From a virus, in IMG/VR virus record IMGVR_UViG_3300021197_001743, positions 1-64,000 of that record: DNA of 64,000 nt; one strand, written 5' to 3'. Of this stretch, positions 11,001-21,600 are shown piece after piece; the stretch's first letter is position 1, and every line of letters starts with the position of its first letter. The notes beneath the pieces were generated by a model. The model saw only the letters and a program-made list of their open reading frames with translations. It was not told the DNA's origin and did no database searches. The translations under genes were made by a program, and so were the position numbers.

Positions 11001-11953
11001 GGATTTTTTACTTGGAAAGATACCTGAGGGTGATTGAAAAAGACGGAACAGAACAGGTATATAATATAAAAGAATTCCAAGACATATTAAGAAATAGAAC
11101 TGACTTGGACCCGGATAAAAGGATATCTGAATATTATGGCGACGCATTTGTGGTAGCTGGGACCTTGGCCGGAAGCATTGGTATAAAATTTGGGGTAAGA
11201 TTGGTTTACTCCTCAATATCTGAATTCGAATATGAAATCCCAGCAGGAAAAGAGCAAGAAAGAACATATCAGTTCCCGCCTCCCGAATTGAAAATTAAGT
11301 TTGATGATACTTTCTATGCGCAAGTTAATCAATTGGACCCGGTATTCCGAGAAGAATTGTCCTCATATGATAGAGAAATGACTTTATCAATACCAGAGGT
11401 AGGAAATAGAGCAATCCCAGTTGTGGTGTTTGAAAAAGATGTCATGGACATGAAGATGTCTGAGATTAATTTGGATGATGACAATTTCGGCGAAGATCTT
11501 AAGTGCTATATAGACAAGTTGGTCCTTGAAGAAGAATTCAAGATATTATTCGATTATTGTTTTCCAACTAGATCATATGTCTCGCTGTTTGGTATATATT
11601 CGTATTATGGCTTCTTTGAGTCCATTGGAAAGGATGAGGAAAATGAAGACGAAACTCAAGAAGACCCCGCGAGACTTCAAGAGAGTTGGAAGCGTAGGGT
11701 GTTTAATGATACCAAGCGGATTTTGAGAAGGTCTTTTAATTCCACGTACCGTACCGATGATGATGTTGCCGAGGAGAAGCAAGGGCGAGATAAGCAAAAA
11801 AATGCAAAATTCTTAAAGAACTTGTTGCCGAATTCCTTCTTAAATCTAGATTCTAGTGTAAAGTGGTGGCAATCTATTCGAATCGTTGATATAAAGCCTT
11901 TCGATCCGGATGGAGAAGAATGCCTAAGTGCATTCCAGAAAATGTTTAAATAA
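5066..11953 (+). CDS. Giant 2295-aa hypothetical virion/baseplate-region protein
   Basis: Uninterrupted ORF between spike and gp25; acidic, coiled-coil segments, scattered Cys. Confidence 0.6.
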   Translation: MANTDFTKYQTDVCEETPDAKPLKEFCPTCVPDPNYMEPDWTMMVGEPYLNEKTCEYSVCVTMDKNMMSFVLGEDGPFPEGNARRQLLRRYIEPALILMLEEYGKLVADQVLCAFHEGPTLTAMKPEDLIANSSNLTTIFESLSTDPETGRCVDLEVPAQNIPDPLLPDQPVDILQTTSNIVANLPTIKNPFALELYAYAKEFMIDPYQGLLKVLVVIPAYVFEAVPDRPSLGDLEDKALETKQEVELDIGALFAQIYRLRTAMSVYSKYQSYFDESQNGQLSLTRDGEKVSSYYASTYAGKVKVFYNELKTLAKKNGWNIRSNTPSATKQNARLVKITFDGSDNENPYVISKIEAKKKGCQYEEFTKGLGKNNEDGFFFKYSNDPTLMNYIAKIKEIDLALQARQSYPWLEFLIKFTFPLIKVDYGTLNKETIEDTVGSCVANNAKKFSLDLNDYMLKEVLSLGEILSYEYNKKGCSQLADFSNEPEVMEFEKNLDAGIEARRDTKENILEAQQQELDRILSDLRAEQNKLVVLEQEKQVYAQEQSPDNTTFVNLRRINKELDKTNSKIERLQKQAIDLNDFDAQDQRQLQRKAARDARKTRRNSHPYTKMARKLALEELKSQNSILTSLVDFDSWVESGYKGLSFSTIDKDMDRKTLMQRMSTCNIQGLATQALRCLLSGTTEKAALKKIVQVALEQMDIDVMGIFISNLPPQEQQKLRDAFKKEFGDLKLPWEEGYDSGSMDNTNAYMNYLTRSNVQKEKQQEQDRERIAVLEEQIKKEKLEQLRQTLSESSDAAEVEEFFSDVHEEEDLFAEFVEENRASDIQEAEAEISELSKQFSDLSEEQQQDVIEGSKKPKHKPGTYGKALGNMQKLIVDAYIQNMIKLLELDSLLSILERFPGGDLLPRILNKTDCSNQGMFNPPLDSFLSTFSLQTCGDLGVGIGVPELLGKKLSNFYDRSLLTKLRNKFIEKVEKSLTGVITKILMKVLQTIDEAICKSIQAAGSLASNSGGLDDAFRDAFCPDGNEEDLDDTKNNLFKAAGLQPSTPSQIPNINQQPVSNDSYECLFKAINSTTSKREVLGLLSTTPSEMDETVLRRIAELTNAMCPEFSSVFGTTNQVAQVFASVANYIPPELRSAIKDQVNAQPDGPIFSSVCLTQEQKNQWDQDRVNLLTDGGLDQSTAERMINEANDRVLDDLGDLSKISEKGPEGLLEEAVASLFREPECSEDNAPISFENEELAAQKKGYIKNFFELIEKRFLGDLIRGRNSVLGNILRDKNNFRLPKHELRTSYPLIWPDYSDSDETWQFRKDNANLLITSRMDGAFGVFPETVGIRMRKQLLEQNPTYNSSPTLPQINMNFVDREEDQEYEFKINYQVLHETGSLKRVSVDETFYRKLRKKEAEQLGLDPSELGDNKTVVTGSTDIIVRSPIDLSKYAVEYTDNTLPYQSYIFKSLLENKIGSDVHDNGSLSSVYSSINSTVLGFTKTAAAGKVDGDIPSGFKFGYTDQTPLSFVDLHYVNPDADPEDKSTWVYTHLPNEKVLGKSATENPRVHFLDPSIHGGSYLLPKIYIEPMTYSGWLGMVKTFIPQIDLCDDVDNGFLNVSEISDRVKQVEDNLPFDERLSLAPDCRVEQPYHKIFAQSSHGMMEGVVLATTKVYATEFILKTLSVFSSVAFSPNNIDSTFISLLVDEMRKGLISQTNRFNIVQGYTYYLLFLEQAAQVVQRQIIDGLMEETPEITAAKAIITEAQENFNPIRINPKAIVDGSYDFSDILDIFQGSAIIGFGEFWEDEYNSIIDIETIDSAGVSAALLARLAFKLGFLTPFKIKLARKVKTLHETKAAAEVLLGALIEKEVQELMKKINFNLRPQPTVHDISKYLLSKNGITLGSSLRSGESVIEQPVVEGETGFDYGRVFDVVRNVETQNPLNELEIEISELPIPTGYNDVYQYLQDSFDPADNMVPEFLESKFRNLLPMLKEGIFYLERYLRVIEKDGTEQVYNIKEFQDILRNRTDLDPDKRISEYYGDAFVVAGTLAGSIGIKFGVRLVYSSISEFEYEIPAGKEQERTYQFPPPELKIKFDDTFYAQVNQLDPVFREELSSYDREMTLSIPEVGNRAIPVVVFEKDVMDMKMSEINLDDDNFGEDLKCYIDKLVLEEEFKILFDYCFPTRSYVSLFGIYSYYGFFESIGKDEENEDETQEDPARLQESWKRRVFNDTKRILRRSFNSTYRTDDDVAEEKQGRDKQKNAKFLKNLLPNSFLNLDSSVKWWQSIRIVDIKPFDPDGEECLSAFQKMFK

Positions 11954-11966
11954 GGAAAAAAATATA

Positions 11967-12341
11967 ATGTCTCTCTCAATAGTGTTCCCAATTGGAATCT
12001 CAGATTCAGGATTTGAATCATTTAGCGATAGTGAAACAAAAGCCGCTATCCAACAAAATTTAAAAATGCTCTTGCTGACAAGGCCCGGAGAATATGTAAT
12101 GGAGCCTGATTTTGGCGTAGGTATGTCTAATTTCTTGTTTGATTTAGAGACGCAGAACAACGAACAGCGCATTTCATCAAGAATAAGACAGCAGGTATCA
12201 AAATACATGCCATACGTTTCAATTTCCAGCATACAGTTTAATTATGAAAACGTTGATAGCAACACTCTTGGAGTGCGTTTGGAATATATAACGTCAGAAT
12301 CTCAGATAATAGAAACATTTCAATTGACCGTCACACTTTAA
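11967..12341 (+). CDS. Baseplate wedge subunit gp25-like
   Basis: IQQNLKMLLLTRPGEYVMEPDFGVG...YMPYV signature; ATG 11967 preferred over 11928. Confidence 0.9.
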   Translation: MSLSIVFPIGISDSGFESFSDSETKAAIQQNLKMLLLTRPGEYVMEPDFGVGMSNFLFDLETQNNEQRISSRIRQQVSKYMPYVSISSIQFNYENVDSNTLGVRLEYITSESQIIETFQLTVTL

Positions 12342-12356
12342 CTTTTAATGAATAAA

Positions 12357-12364
12357 CTATTTAT
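12357..12364 (+). promoter_or_regulatory. candidate late promoter CTATTTAT
   Basis: Intergenic, ~20 nt before the gp6-like start. Confidence 0.5.
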
Positions 12365-12385
12365 CTTTTAGAGAGAGGGTCTTGT

Positions 12386-14185
12386 ATGACGAAATTAAAA
12401 AACACGCCAATAAAATACACTAGTAGAGACTTTGATTCTATCAAGAATGATCTGGTAGAGCATGCAAAAAGATACTACCCAGAACAATGGAAAGACTTTT
12501 CCAAATCAACGATTAATTCACTTTTGATAGATTCGGTTGCCTATGTCGGGGACGTTTTGTCATATTACATTGATTATCAAGTCAACGAAAGCTTCTTGGA
12601 TACATCATTAGAATTCAACAATATAAGGAAGCACGCTCGAGCACTGGGATATAAGTTTGCGGGTAGTCCAAATTCCTATGGAATAGTTACTCTCTATTGC
12701 TTAGTACCAGCAACCGGTAATGGAACAGCACCTGATTTTGCTTATCTGCCGACGATAGCCCAAGGCACTTCGTTTGAAGCCAACAGTGGTGGAGTATTCA
12801 CACTTACTGAAGATGTTCGCTTCGATGATAGTAATAATGAAATTGTAGCTGCACGATTTAATGCTACAACCGGAGCAACCACACACTTCGCAATCAAAAC
12901 ATTCGGACAAGTAGTATCGGGTGTCCTCCAGAGAGTCACTGTCGACTTGACGGATTCTAGTTTCGAAAGGTTCAGAAGGATCCGTTTGGGTTCCGGAGAC
13001 ATCACCGAGATATTGTCCGTCGTTGACTCAGATGGAAATAAATACTATGAAGTTGAAAACCTAGCTCAGGAGGTTGTGTTTGAAGAAACAACCAACCCAA
13101 CCGCAGCCTCGGATGGCGTGAGAAGTATCATTAAACCATTTGTGGCCAGCCGAAGATTTGTTGTAGAACAGGACGATACTGGAACTTATATTCAATTTGG
13201 CTTTGGATCCGAAGACGATCCACAAGAAGGACTAGCAGACCCTGCACAAGTTGCAATCAAAATGCACGGAAAGAAGACAATAACAGATCTTACGTTTGAT
13301 CCTGCAAAGCTTCTGAACACAACCAAGTTAGGAATTAGCCCTTCCGGAACAACTTTGACAGTTGTTGTTAAATCGAACACTGCATCGAACACCAATGCCG
13401 GAGTTAACACAATTAACACTATAAAAAATAGAATTGTGTTGTTTGATGACCTGCAATCGCTAGCTTCGGGAAAGGTACAGGATATAATAAATTCAGTTGA
13501 GGTTACGAACGACGAACCCATCGTTGGAAACACAGAACAAATGACAGGGCAAGAATTGAAGCAAAGAGCTAAAACATACTACTCAACACAAAACAGAGCA
13601 GTTACTAAGCAAGATTATGTTTCCATGATATACAATATGCCAAGTAAGTTTGGTATGGTTAAGAGAGTATCTATCGTAAATGACCCAAGTGCAACAAATC
13701 GTCGAATTGCCATGTATCTTATATCTGAAGATGCCGACGGGAAACTGACAACAGCCAACAGCAGAATCAAAAGTAATGTTAAAAATTGGATCATGCAATA
13801 CAAATCCTTAAACGACGTCATTGATATATTTGATGCCAAGGTTGTTAATTTTGGTGTAGATTTTAAAGTCACTGTTGACGAGAGATTTTCGAACGAAGAC
13901 ATAATTGGTAAATGCGTGAATAGGATTAAAGAGTATTTTTCGAATCAATTGTATATCGGAGAACCTATTTATATAACAAGAATGTATAGCGTATTGGGTA
14001 AGATTGAAGGCGTTGCAGACGTTAAAAAAGTCAATGTATTCCAAAAAACAGGGAGCAATTATTCATCAACTAGAATTAGTTTCGACGAAGCCCTATCCAG
14101 AGACGGAACATACATCCAGACCCCTCGAAACGTGGTCATGGAATTGAAATTTCCAAACATCGATATTAAAGGAACATTGGTATAA
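12386..14185 (+). CDS. Baseplate wedge subunit gp6-like (baseplate J family)
   Basis: YTSRDFDSIK, AYVGDVLSYY.D.Q.NE.FL, QNRAVTKQDY motifs. Confidence 0.9.
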   Translation: MTKLKNTPIKYTSRDFDSIKNDLVEHAKRYYPEQWKDFSKSTINSLLIDSVAYVGDVLSYYIDYQVNESFLDTSLEFNNIRKHARALGYKFAGSPNSYGIVTLYCLVPATGNGTAPDFAYLPTIAQGTSFEANSGGVFTLTEDVRFDDSNNEIVAARFNATTGATTHFAIKTFGQVVSGVLQRVTVDLTDSSFERFRRIRLGSGDITEILSVVDSDGNKYYEVENLAQEVVFEETTNPTAASDGVRSIIKPFVASRRFVVEQDDTGTYIQFGFGSEDDPQEGLADPAQVAIKMHGKKTITDLTFDPAKLLNTTKLGISPSGTTLTVVVKSNTASNTNAGVNTINTIKNRIVLFDDLQSLASGKVQDIINSVEVTNDEPIVGNTEQMTGQELKQRAKTYYSTQNRAVTKQDYVSMIYNMPSKFGMVKRVSIVNDPSATNRRIAMYLISEDADGKLTTANSRIKSNVKNWIMQYKSLNDVIDIFDAKVVNFGVDFKVTVDERFSNEDIIGKCVNRIKEYFSNQLYIGEPIYITRMYSVLGKIEGVADVKKVNVFQKTGSNYSSTRISFDEALSRDGTYIQTPRNVVMELKFPNIDIKGTLV

Positions 14186-15693
14186 TGATTAAAAGATACT
14201 TCGCCACTAAAGACAATACCATCACAAATGCATTTCAATCTGATCTAAGCACCAGAGCCACCGGATCTAATATGGGACAATCCGATATAGTAGAGGTCTT
14301 TACCATATATGGTCAAGTCTCCTCATCAGTATCTGGTTTCTCAAAAGAGAAGGCTCGAGTATTAATCCAATTTGATGTTGATAGTATTAAATCCGACAGG
14401 ACTTCAGGTACAGTGCCATCCGGCGCCTCTTATTATCTAAAGATGTACAACGCCTCTCATTCTCAAACGCTGCCTAGAGATTATACCCTTGAGGTCATTC
14501 AATTAAATGCAGCATGGGAAGAAGGCCTTGGTTTAGATATGGAAGACTATGATGATCTGACTTACGACATCAAAGGGTCTAACTGGATACAACGCTCTGG
14601 TTCTACTTCTTGGTCAGCGCCCGGTGGTGATTTAGCCCCGGGAGCAACCTATTTTACAGCTGATTTCCCCGTTGGGAATGAAGATATGGAAATCGACATT
14701 ACTTCTCTGGTGAATTTATGGAACGGAGACACAGACAACAATGGAATGATGATAAGATTATCATCCTCGCTAGAATCTCAGAACTTATCATACTATACAA
14801 AGATGTTCTTCGGCAGAGGAACTAATAGATATTTTGATAGACCGGTCATTGAGGCCCGATGGGACTCATCTTCGCAAGACGACAGAGGAAAACTATACCT
14901 CAGTAGCTCTACCGCTCCTGCTGCCGACAACCTCAATACAATCTATATGTACAACTACGTCCGCGGAAGATTGCAAAATATTCCTTCGATAGGGCAAGAT
15001 CCAATAATGGTCAGTTTGTTCTCAGGGTCCTCCGCAAACACAGCTCCTTCAGGTAGCGCATTGCAATTATCAATTGGCGGAGGAGTTCAGTCCTCTAATC
15101 AATATGCTGTTACTGGTGGTTGGGTATCTACTGGTGTTTATTCGGCATCTTTTGCCTATACGGGCTCAACCTCAATCGAAAACATTTACGATGTATGGTT
15201 CAGCGGAAGTAATTCAATTCCAGATGCAACAACAGCAGCGCTTCAGTTTAAGACCGGATCAATTACCATTGATAGGTTCGAACCAGCCGCTAATTCCGAT
15301 ACTAATCGATACGTATTGTCGGTCGTTAATAAACAGAATGAATACTATTACAACCAAACACACAGAATAAGACTGTATGCCCGGCAAAAGCAATGGTGCC
15401 CAAACATCTATACTACTGCCACATCAGTGCCGAACAGTTTAGTTTTCCCAAGCGCGTCATATCAAGTTTATAGAATTATAGATGATAGACCAGTAATACC
15501 ATACGACACCGGTTCAGTTCAGGGAACGAGATTATCATATGATGTTTCCGGCAACTACTTTGATCTCGATACATCGTTTTTGGAACCAAACTATTCTTAT
15601 GGCGTTAAGTTTTCAATCTATGATCCGGATACTTCAACATACGAAGAACAGTCCTTTACCTATAAACTTAGAGTGGTGAATAATGAGTATTAA
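14185..15693 (+). CDS. Baseplate-associated structural protein
   Basis: Coupled to gp6 (TAATG); beta-rich and Ser/Thr/Gly-rich. Confidence 0.55.
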   Translation: MIKRYFATKDNTITNAFQSDLSTRATGSNMGQSDIVEVFTIYGQVSSSVSGFSKEKARVLIQFDVDSIKSDRTSGTVPSGASYYLKMYNASHSQTLPRDYTLEVIQLNAAWEEGLGLDMEDYDDLTYDIKGSNWIQRSGSTSWSAPGGDLAPGATYFTADFPVGNEDMEIDITSLVNLWNGDTDNNGMMIRLSSSLESQNLSYYTKMFFGRGTNRYFDRPVIEARWDSSSQDDRGKLYLSSSTAPAADNLNTIYMYNYVRGRLQNIPSIGQDPIMVSLFSGSSANTAPSGSALQLSIGGGVQSSNQYAVTGGWVSTGVYSASFAYTGSTSIENIYDVWFSGSNSIPDATTAALQFKTGSITIDRFEPAANSDTNRYVLSVVNKQNEYYYNQTHRIRLYARQKQWCPNIYTTATSVPNSLVFPSASYQVYRIIDDRPVIPYDTGSVQGTRLSYDVSGNYFDLDTSFLEPNYSYGVKFSIYDPDTSTYEEQSFTYKLRVVNNEY

Positions 15694-18600
15694 GAATCTA
15701 TTTGGCAAGTCAATCAAGAATTACCAAAGCGCAAGTGCAAATGTTGAGTCTTCCACATTTATCAACAAAGAGGTGGTAGAACGAGACACTTATTTGCCTC
15801 CTATTGACTTTGCAACAGCTTCTAACTTCGTTAAATACGGTTCTGCGGAATTGTATTATTCTAATTCAATTTCTCGAATACATGATGACTATCCTTACGA
15901 CGGCTCAGAAGCGGAGAAAATTAGCTTCCATCAGTCTTCATCATATTTGGACCGGTGGATGTTTACAAACAAGTATCCAAAATCAACAGGGTATATCAAT
16001 CTCGGAACCACTGGTTATAATACTAGCATCGTTGATGGTTATGGTGGAACAGCAACACCAGAATACATCCGAACATGGGGAGGTCTACATACAGCATCAG
16101 CCGGAATGTCAGATTCTCCAATAAGATCTACGTTCGATAAGTCTACAAAGTATAACGCGGCACTGAATAGAACCCAGAACTGGAGAGTAAATCCATCTGA
16201 TGGATCAACAATCGAATTCTGGCTTAAGAAAGATGCGTTCAACCTTGCAAACACAGAACGAGAAGTCATACTCGACTTGTGGAATGGTGAAGCCTCATCC
16301 TCTGCTGACTATGGTCGCTTAACTCTCGAACTCACCGGAGGCTCCGGAGCAACGTTTATTGCAACCTTACAAAGTGGTACTGCTGGTTTTTATAGGCAAG
16401 CGGTTTGTGATACAACAATAGACACAGCTTCTCTTACGAATTGGCATCATTATGCGGTATCGTTCACAAGCGCCTCTACGGGTATCACAACGCGTTTCTA
16501 CATCGATGGTGGTGAAAACCTCTCTCAAACAGTTGGAACGCCGATAGGTGAGCTTAACGGCCTTATAACAGGCTATATTGGAGCCCTGCAAACCTCTCCA
16601 TCCGGATCTGCTGCTGCTGCAACTGCTGGTAAGCTATCTGCCTCAGTAGACGAATTCCGCTATTGGAAGACCCGACGAACTTCAAATGATATCAATTTAA
16701 ATTGGTTCACGAATGTCGGAGGAGGATCGAATACAGATGACGACACTAACAATATAAGCCTGAGTGTATATTATAAATTCAATGAAGGTATAGTGGGCAT
16801 CTCATCCACTGACCAAAAGGTTTTAGACTATTCCGGAAGGATTGCTAACGGTCACTGGCAGGGATACACATCAACAGCGAGAAATACTGGCTCTGCTTTC
16901 ACATTGTCTTCAAATGCATTTGTTGAAGGTGGAGATCCAATTATATATTCTGATCATCCGGAAGTATCCTCGTTAACCTCCGAGATGACTACATCTGGGT
17001 CCAACCATGACAACGAACAAGGAAGTTCACTGTTCAGTTCATTGCCCAATTGGATGCAGTCAGAAGACGAATTGTCCGGAGGCAACTTAAAATCAATCAC
17101 ACAAATTCTTTCAAGCTACTTTGATACACTACACTCACAGATAACAGCCCTCCCTAATTTAAAGAAGAAGAAATATACAGAAGCCACCGAAAAAGCTCTT
17201 CCATTTGCAAACCGCCTATTAACAGACAAAGGGTTCATAACAAAGGACATCTTTGTAAATTCTGAAATTGTCGAGACATTTGCAAACAAAAACACTGATT
17301 CAAAGTTCTTCAGCGACAACGTCAATGAAATAAAGAACCTTATCTACACAAACATATATAACAACCTTGAGAACATATATAAGACCAAAGGAACCGAGAA
17401 ATCAATAAGAAACTTGATCAGATGCTTTGGTGTCGATGATGAGATTATAAAGCTCAATGTATATACCGATGGTGGAACTCACTACTTTACAGATAAAGCT
17501 AAGGCAACATCAGTCAAAAAGAAGTATATTAATTTCGACAATCCTGATTATTTCTCCTCGACGATGTATCAGACATCATCTACTAACAACGCACTAACCT
17601 TCATAAGTGGCTCTACGGCGAGCGCTAATGGGTCAAATAACGCTTTCACGCTTGAGGCAGATATAGTAGTGCCCTACAAGAAAGAAGAGCTAGATATAGG
17701 CTTTTACAACACTCCATTTCTGTCTTCTTCTATCTTCGGGTTTCACGAGGCCATAGAGGGCGATCCTTCTGACTATACATGGGCAACTAGTACAACCGCG
17801 AGTCTGTCGGTGTATCTTGTCCGAGATAAATTAGAATCGAAAGATGCCAGATTTATTATTAAGAGCCAAGACGGAACAATCAATTTAACATCTAGCTACA
17901 TCTCAGATATATATAACAACAACCACTGGAACCTTGCACTAAGAGTAAAGCCAGATACCTATCCATACGCTGGTAATGTAACGAATGCTACTCCAAATTA
18001 TACGATCGAATTCTACGGTGTCAACTATAATTTTGATGAGTTAGCAAACGAAATCTTTCTAACCGCTTCTGTCTCAAACGCTAGTGGGTCGGCATTCTTG
18101 TCCAATCCAAAAAGAGTTTATGCTGGAGCACATGCTACCAACTTTACGGGTTCGGTTTTACAACGATCGGATATGCAAATCGGTTCTGTGCGTGCATGGT
18201 TTGATTATATCGGGGACGCTTCAATCCAAGCCCACAACAAGGATCCTTTGAATTTTGGTAATTTAGAAACATACCGTGGGTCGAACATCTTCACAATAGC
18301 CGATAAGCAAATATCCTCACAAGAATTGACGATTTTCAATTGGGACTTTGACACGGTGTCTGGTTCCGATGGTTCGGGCGATTTTACAATCGACGATATA
18401 ACCAGTGGCTCATCTGATACAATTTATGGTTGGATCGACAACATAATTCGAAGAGAATATCGTGGGAAAGGCGATGGGTTTGGAACATCAACATCTACAT
18501 TTATTGAGAACGAGTTCCTATACGCCCAGCGCAAGGAGCTTCCAGAGATATCATATACAAACGACAACATCTTTATTAAAGGCGAAGAACAAATAAACTT

Positions 18601-21600
18601 CATTAAAGATGACGACGTCAGTGATAATTTTTACATGCTTGAGAAAAGCATGAACCAAGTTGTATCCGAGGAAATGCTAAAGTTGTTTTCTTCCGTTCAG
18701 GAGTTTGCTAACCTGATAGGTCGCCCTGTTGATCGATACCGACACAATTACAAGCGACTAGATAAAGTCCGACAGCACTTCTTTGACAAAGTCGAGCAAG
18801 ATATGGATCCGGAAGCGTTTATTAGGTACTATAAGTGGATCGATGCTTCGATATCCGAAATGGTTAATCAATTGGTTCCTGCTTCCGTTAACTTCGGAAC
18901 AGGAGTAACAGACATTGTTGAGTCTCATATTCTCGAGAGAAACAAATATCAAAGAAGACCCGGTCTCCTCGATACAGTACAAAGCACCGAAGCCTCCATC
19001 CGTGGTATCGAAGAGCTTACGTATAATTGGAAAACAGGCCATCCTTCCACTGATGACAACACAAACTGTCTATGGCAAAAAGAAAGAAAAGAAAGGACTG
19101 ATATTCCGGATCGCGAAAGAATACGGAAAGTGTTGGTTAACGACAACAACGATCCTGCGCCGGTATTATCAAAGCCAGATAAAACAATCTATCAGGGCTC
19201 AACTTACGCCATCAGAAGGTTATCCAATCCTTACAAGTTTTCAGTAGATATGAACAACTCTATTCATGGTGGTACCAACTTCTCGGAACAAAAAAATCGA
19301 GACTTCTTTAAGAGTGGTATTACTATTCATGGAGATAAAGGTCCATCCAACGCCCCAAGAAACGTTGTTGGTATCGGTATTGGTTTTGAGCAAGGTATCA
19401 TTGAGAGACAAAAGTGCGACGATATTCAAGATCCAAATTCAAAATCTTATTTTGATGCCACAGTTCAGGTTGGTAAATTTACCGATGCTACGTCTTCTCT
19501 GCCGGTAGATGCATCTTCTTCTTACGATTATCTTCTTAAGGCTTCAATGTTCTGGCCTTTTAACATTAAGTCCGGATCACTGGTGAGTGGATACAACAGT
19601 AGAGTATCAAGCTTATATAAATCTGATGCTATTTTTGTTAATATCCACTCTGACACAATTGATATAACGAACGAAATACCCATTCAAGGGCCTTTCACAC
19701 AAGCACACGTAGGTGGTGCTCAAAATAGACACGTTAATCTAAATAAGTATGATTCTGCTCTCGCAACAGCCAACAATCTCGATGATCAATACACTCGACC
19801 TGAGGCTTGGAGATTACTACTTGGAGATAATCCATTATCACCACACTTAGATGGCGCAATGGGATTTGTTGGTCCTGATTATGGTGGTCCTTATCCTGAC
19901 ACAAGTCGTAAGCTTGCGATCTATAACCGCGAGGAAAAAGCTAAGAGACCAGTCAACATTAGGAACATTGAAACAGAACTAAATTCGCCCGTCCATGGAA
20001 ACTTTCAATTTCAATATGAGGTTTTTTCAACCTTTGGTAATCAAAAGTACTTGTTGCGACGTGAAGAGGGCTCTCTTTTACCAGACAGTATCTCCAATAC
20101 TCTCCCACAGACCACGAATTACTTCACGCTTGTTAGTCAAGCTCCGTATAACGTAGGTAATGTGTTTGGAGGAGGAATATATTCCAACAGACAACCGGAC
20201 ACTGGAAGTTTAGTATTCCAATCTGGAACAGTGGCTGTTAGTGCTTCTGGTTCGTTTTCGGTATATGGTAAAGATTTTATCGACAGCACAGATACCTTGA
20301 CTGTCCGAGAAGGCACTTACGGTACAGCAGGTAGTGGTGCCCCTAACATAGTTGCAACAGGAAGCTCTGATACCGACTGGTACAATAATTTGAGTGCAAG
20401 CGTTAGAGCCAACTCCGGAGTTACTCCCACATATACAACTTCCAATCTGGTATACAGTCAAGGCATCGAAGTACAAGCGAGGAATGCCTCTTTTATGTCT
20501 GCCTCTATAGGATCTTCTGAGATTCGAACGGGAGATTTTGCTATTTCATTTTGGCTGCTTATGGGTTCCGGATCCATTACCATGTCCAATACAATATATC
20601 GTGAATGCAATGATGCCGGTGCTGGAGCGTCGACAGCCGCGACAGATGGTAGAAATGTTTTTATAAATAGCGCCGGTAAATTAAGATTTATGACTGCCTA
20701 CAATTCCGGAGGAGGGTTTGTTAGAGATATTTTTGGTTATGAAACATTCAGGGCTGATTATTTTGACCAGAGAATACATGTTGTCTGGAGTCATGTTGCT
20801 ACTTTTAATTCTTCTACTGCCGCCACTCTTTATATAAATGGGGTATCGTCTTCAATAGCTGCGATCCCAAGTGGCGAGAGCGTCGGGCTTGTACAGAATA
20901 CTCCGACAGATGTCTTCTTTCTCAACCGAAGGCCAACCGAAGACAGGACAATATATTCTGGTGGCAACAACTCCTTCATTGATGAGATAGTCATCTTAAA
21001 CACCACAGCTTCACAAGCCGCCGTAGATACTCTATTTAATTGCGGCAAAAGAATAGATCCTTCTGACCTATACGCCGTGATTCCGTCTGCAAGCATAACT
21101 CAATACTATGGTTTTGAAGACAACATTATTAATGATGAAGATGTGATTCCCGGCAGAGGATCTGCTCCGCTAAGTCTGGACATCAACAATGTATCGACAA
21201 ATTTTAAGCTAGCCTCTGGTTCTTCTGGGGTATGTGTTAGTGAGCCGCCTCAAGCTAACTTTTCTCTGGTCGCAACAGCATCCGGAACATCTGGTAATGG
21301 GCCTGTTTCTGGATCTGTTGTTTCGAGCTGTGGCTCTTATTTCAACTTCACTGATCTTGCAGGCGGACAGGATTTTCAACCTGAGGTATCCTCTAAGGCA
21401 AATGATATTGTTCGCGAGATCCCAAGGTCTGATCTGACAAGTTCAAGACACGTAATTTCAACACGATTTTCAGCTCCCGGTGGACCTGAGGTCAACTCTA
21501 GAGGGTATCTAGACATCGCAACAGGACAATACTCTGTCTATAATTCGCTTAATTATCGCAACCTTTCTGTTCGAAGCAGTGGTTCCGGAGAACCAACGAC

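Noticed and set aside
5066-11953. Tape measure protein
   Set aside because: Not Ala/Gly-rich, no periodic aromatic repeats, and the position is atypical; not supportable.
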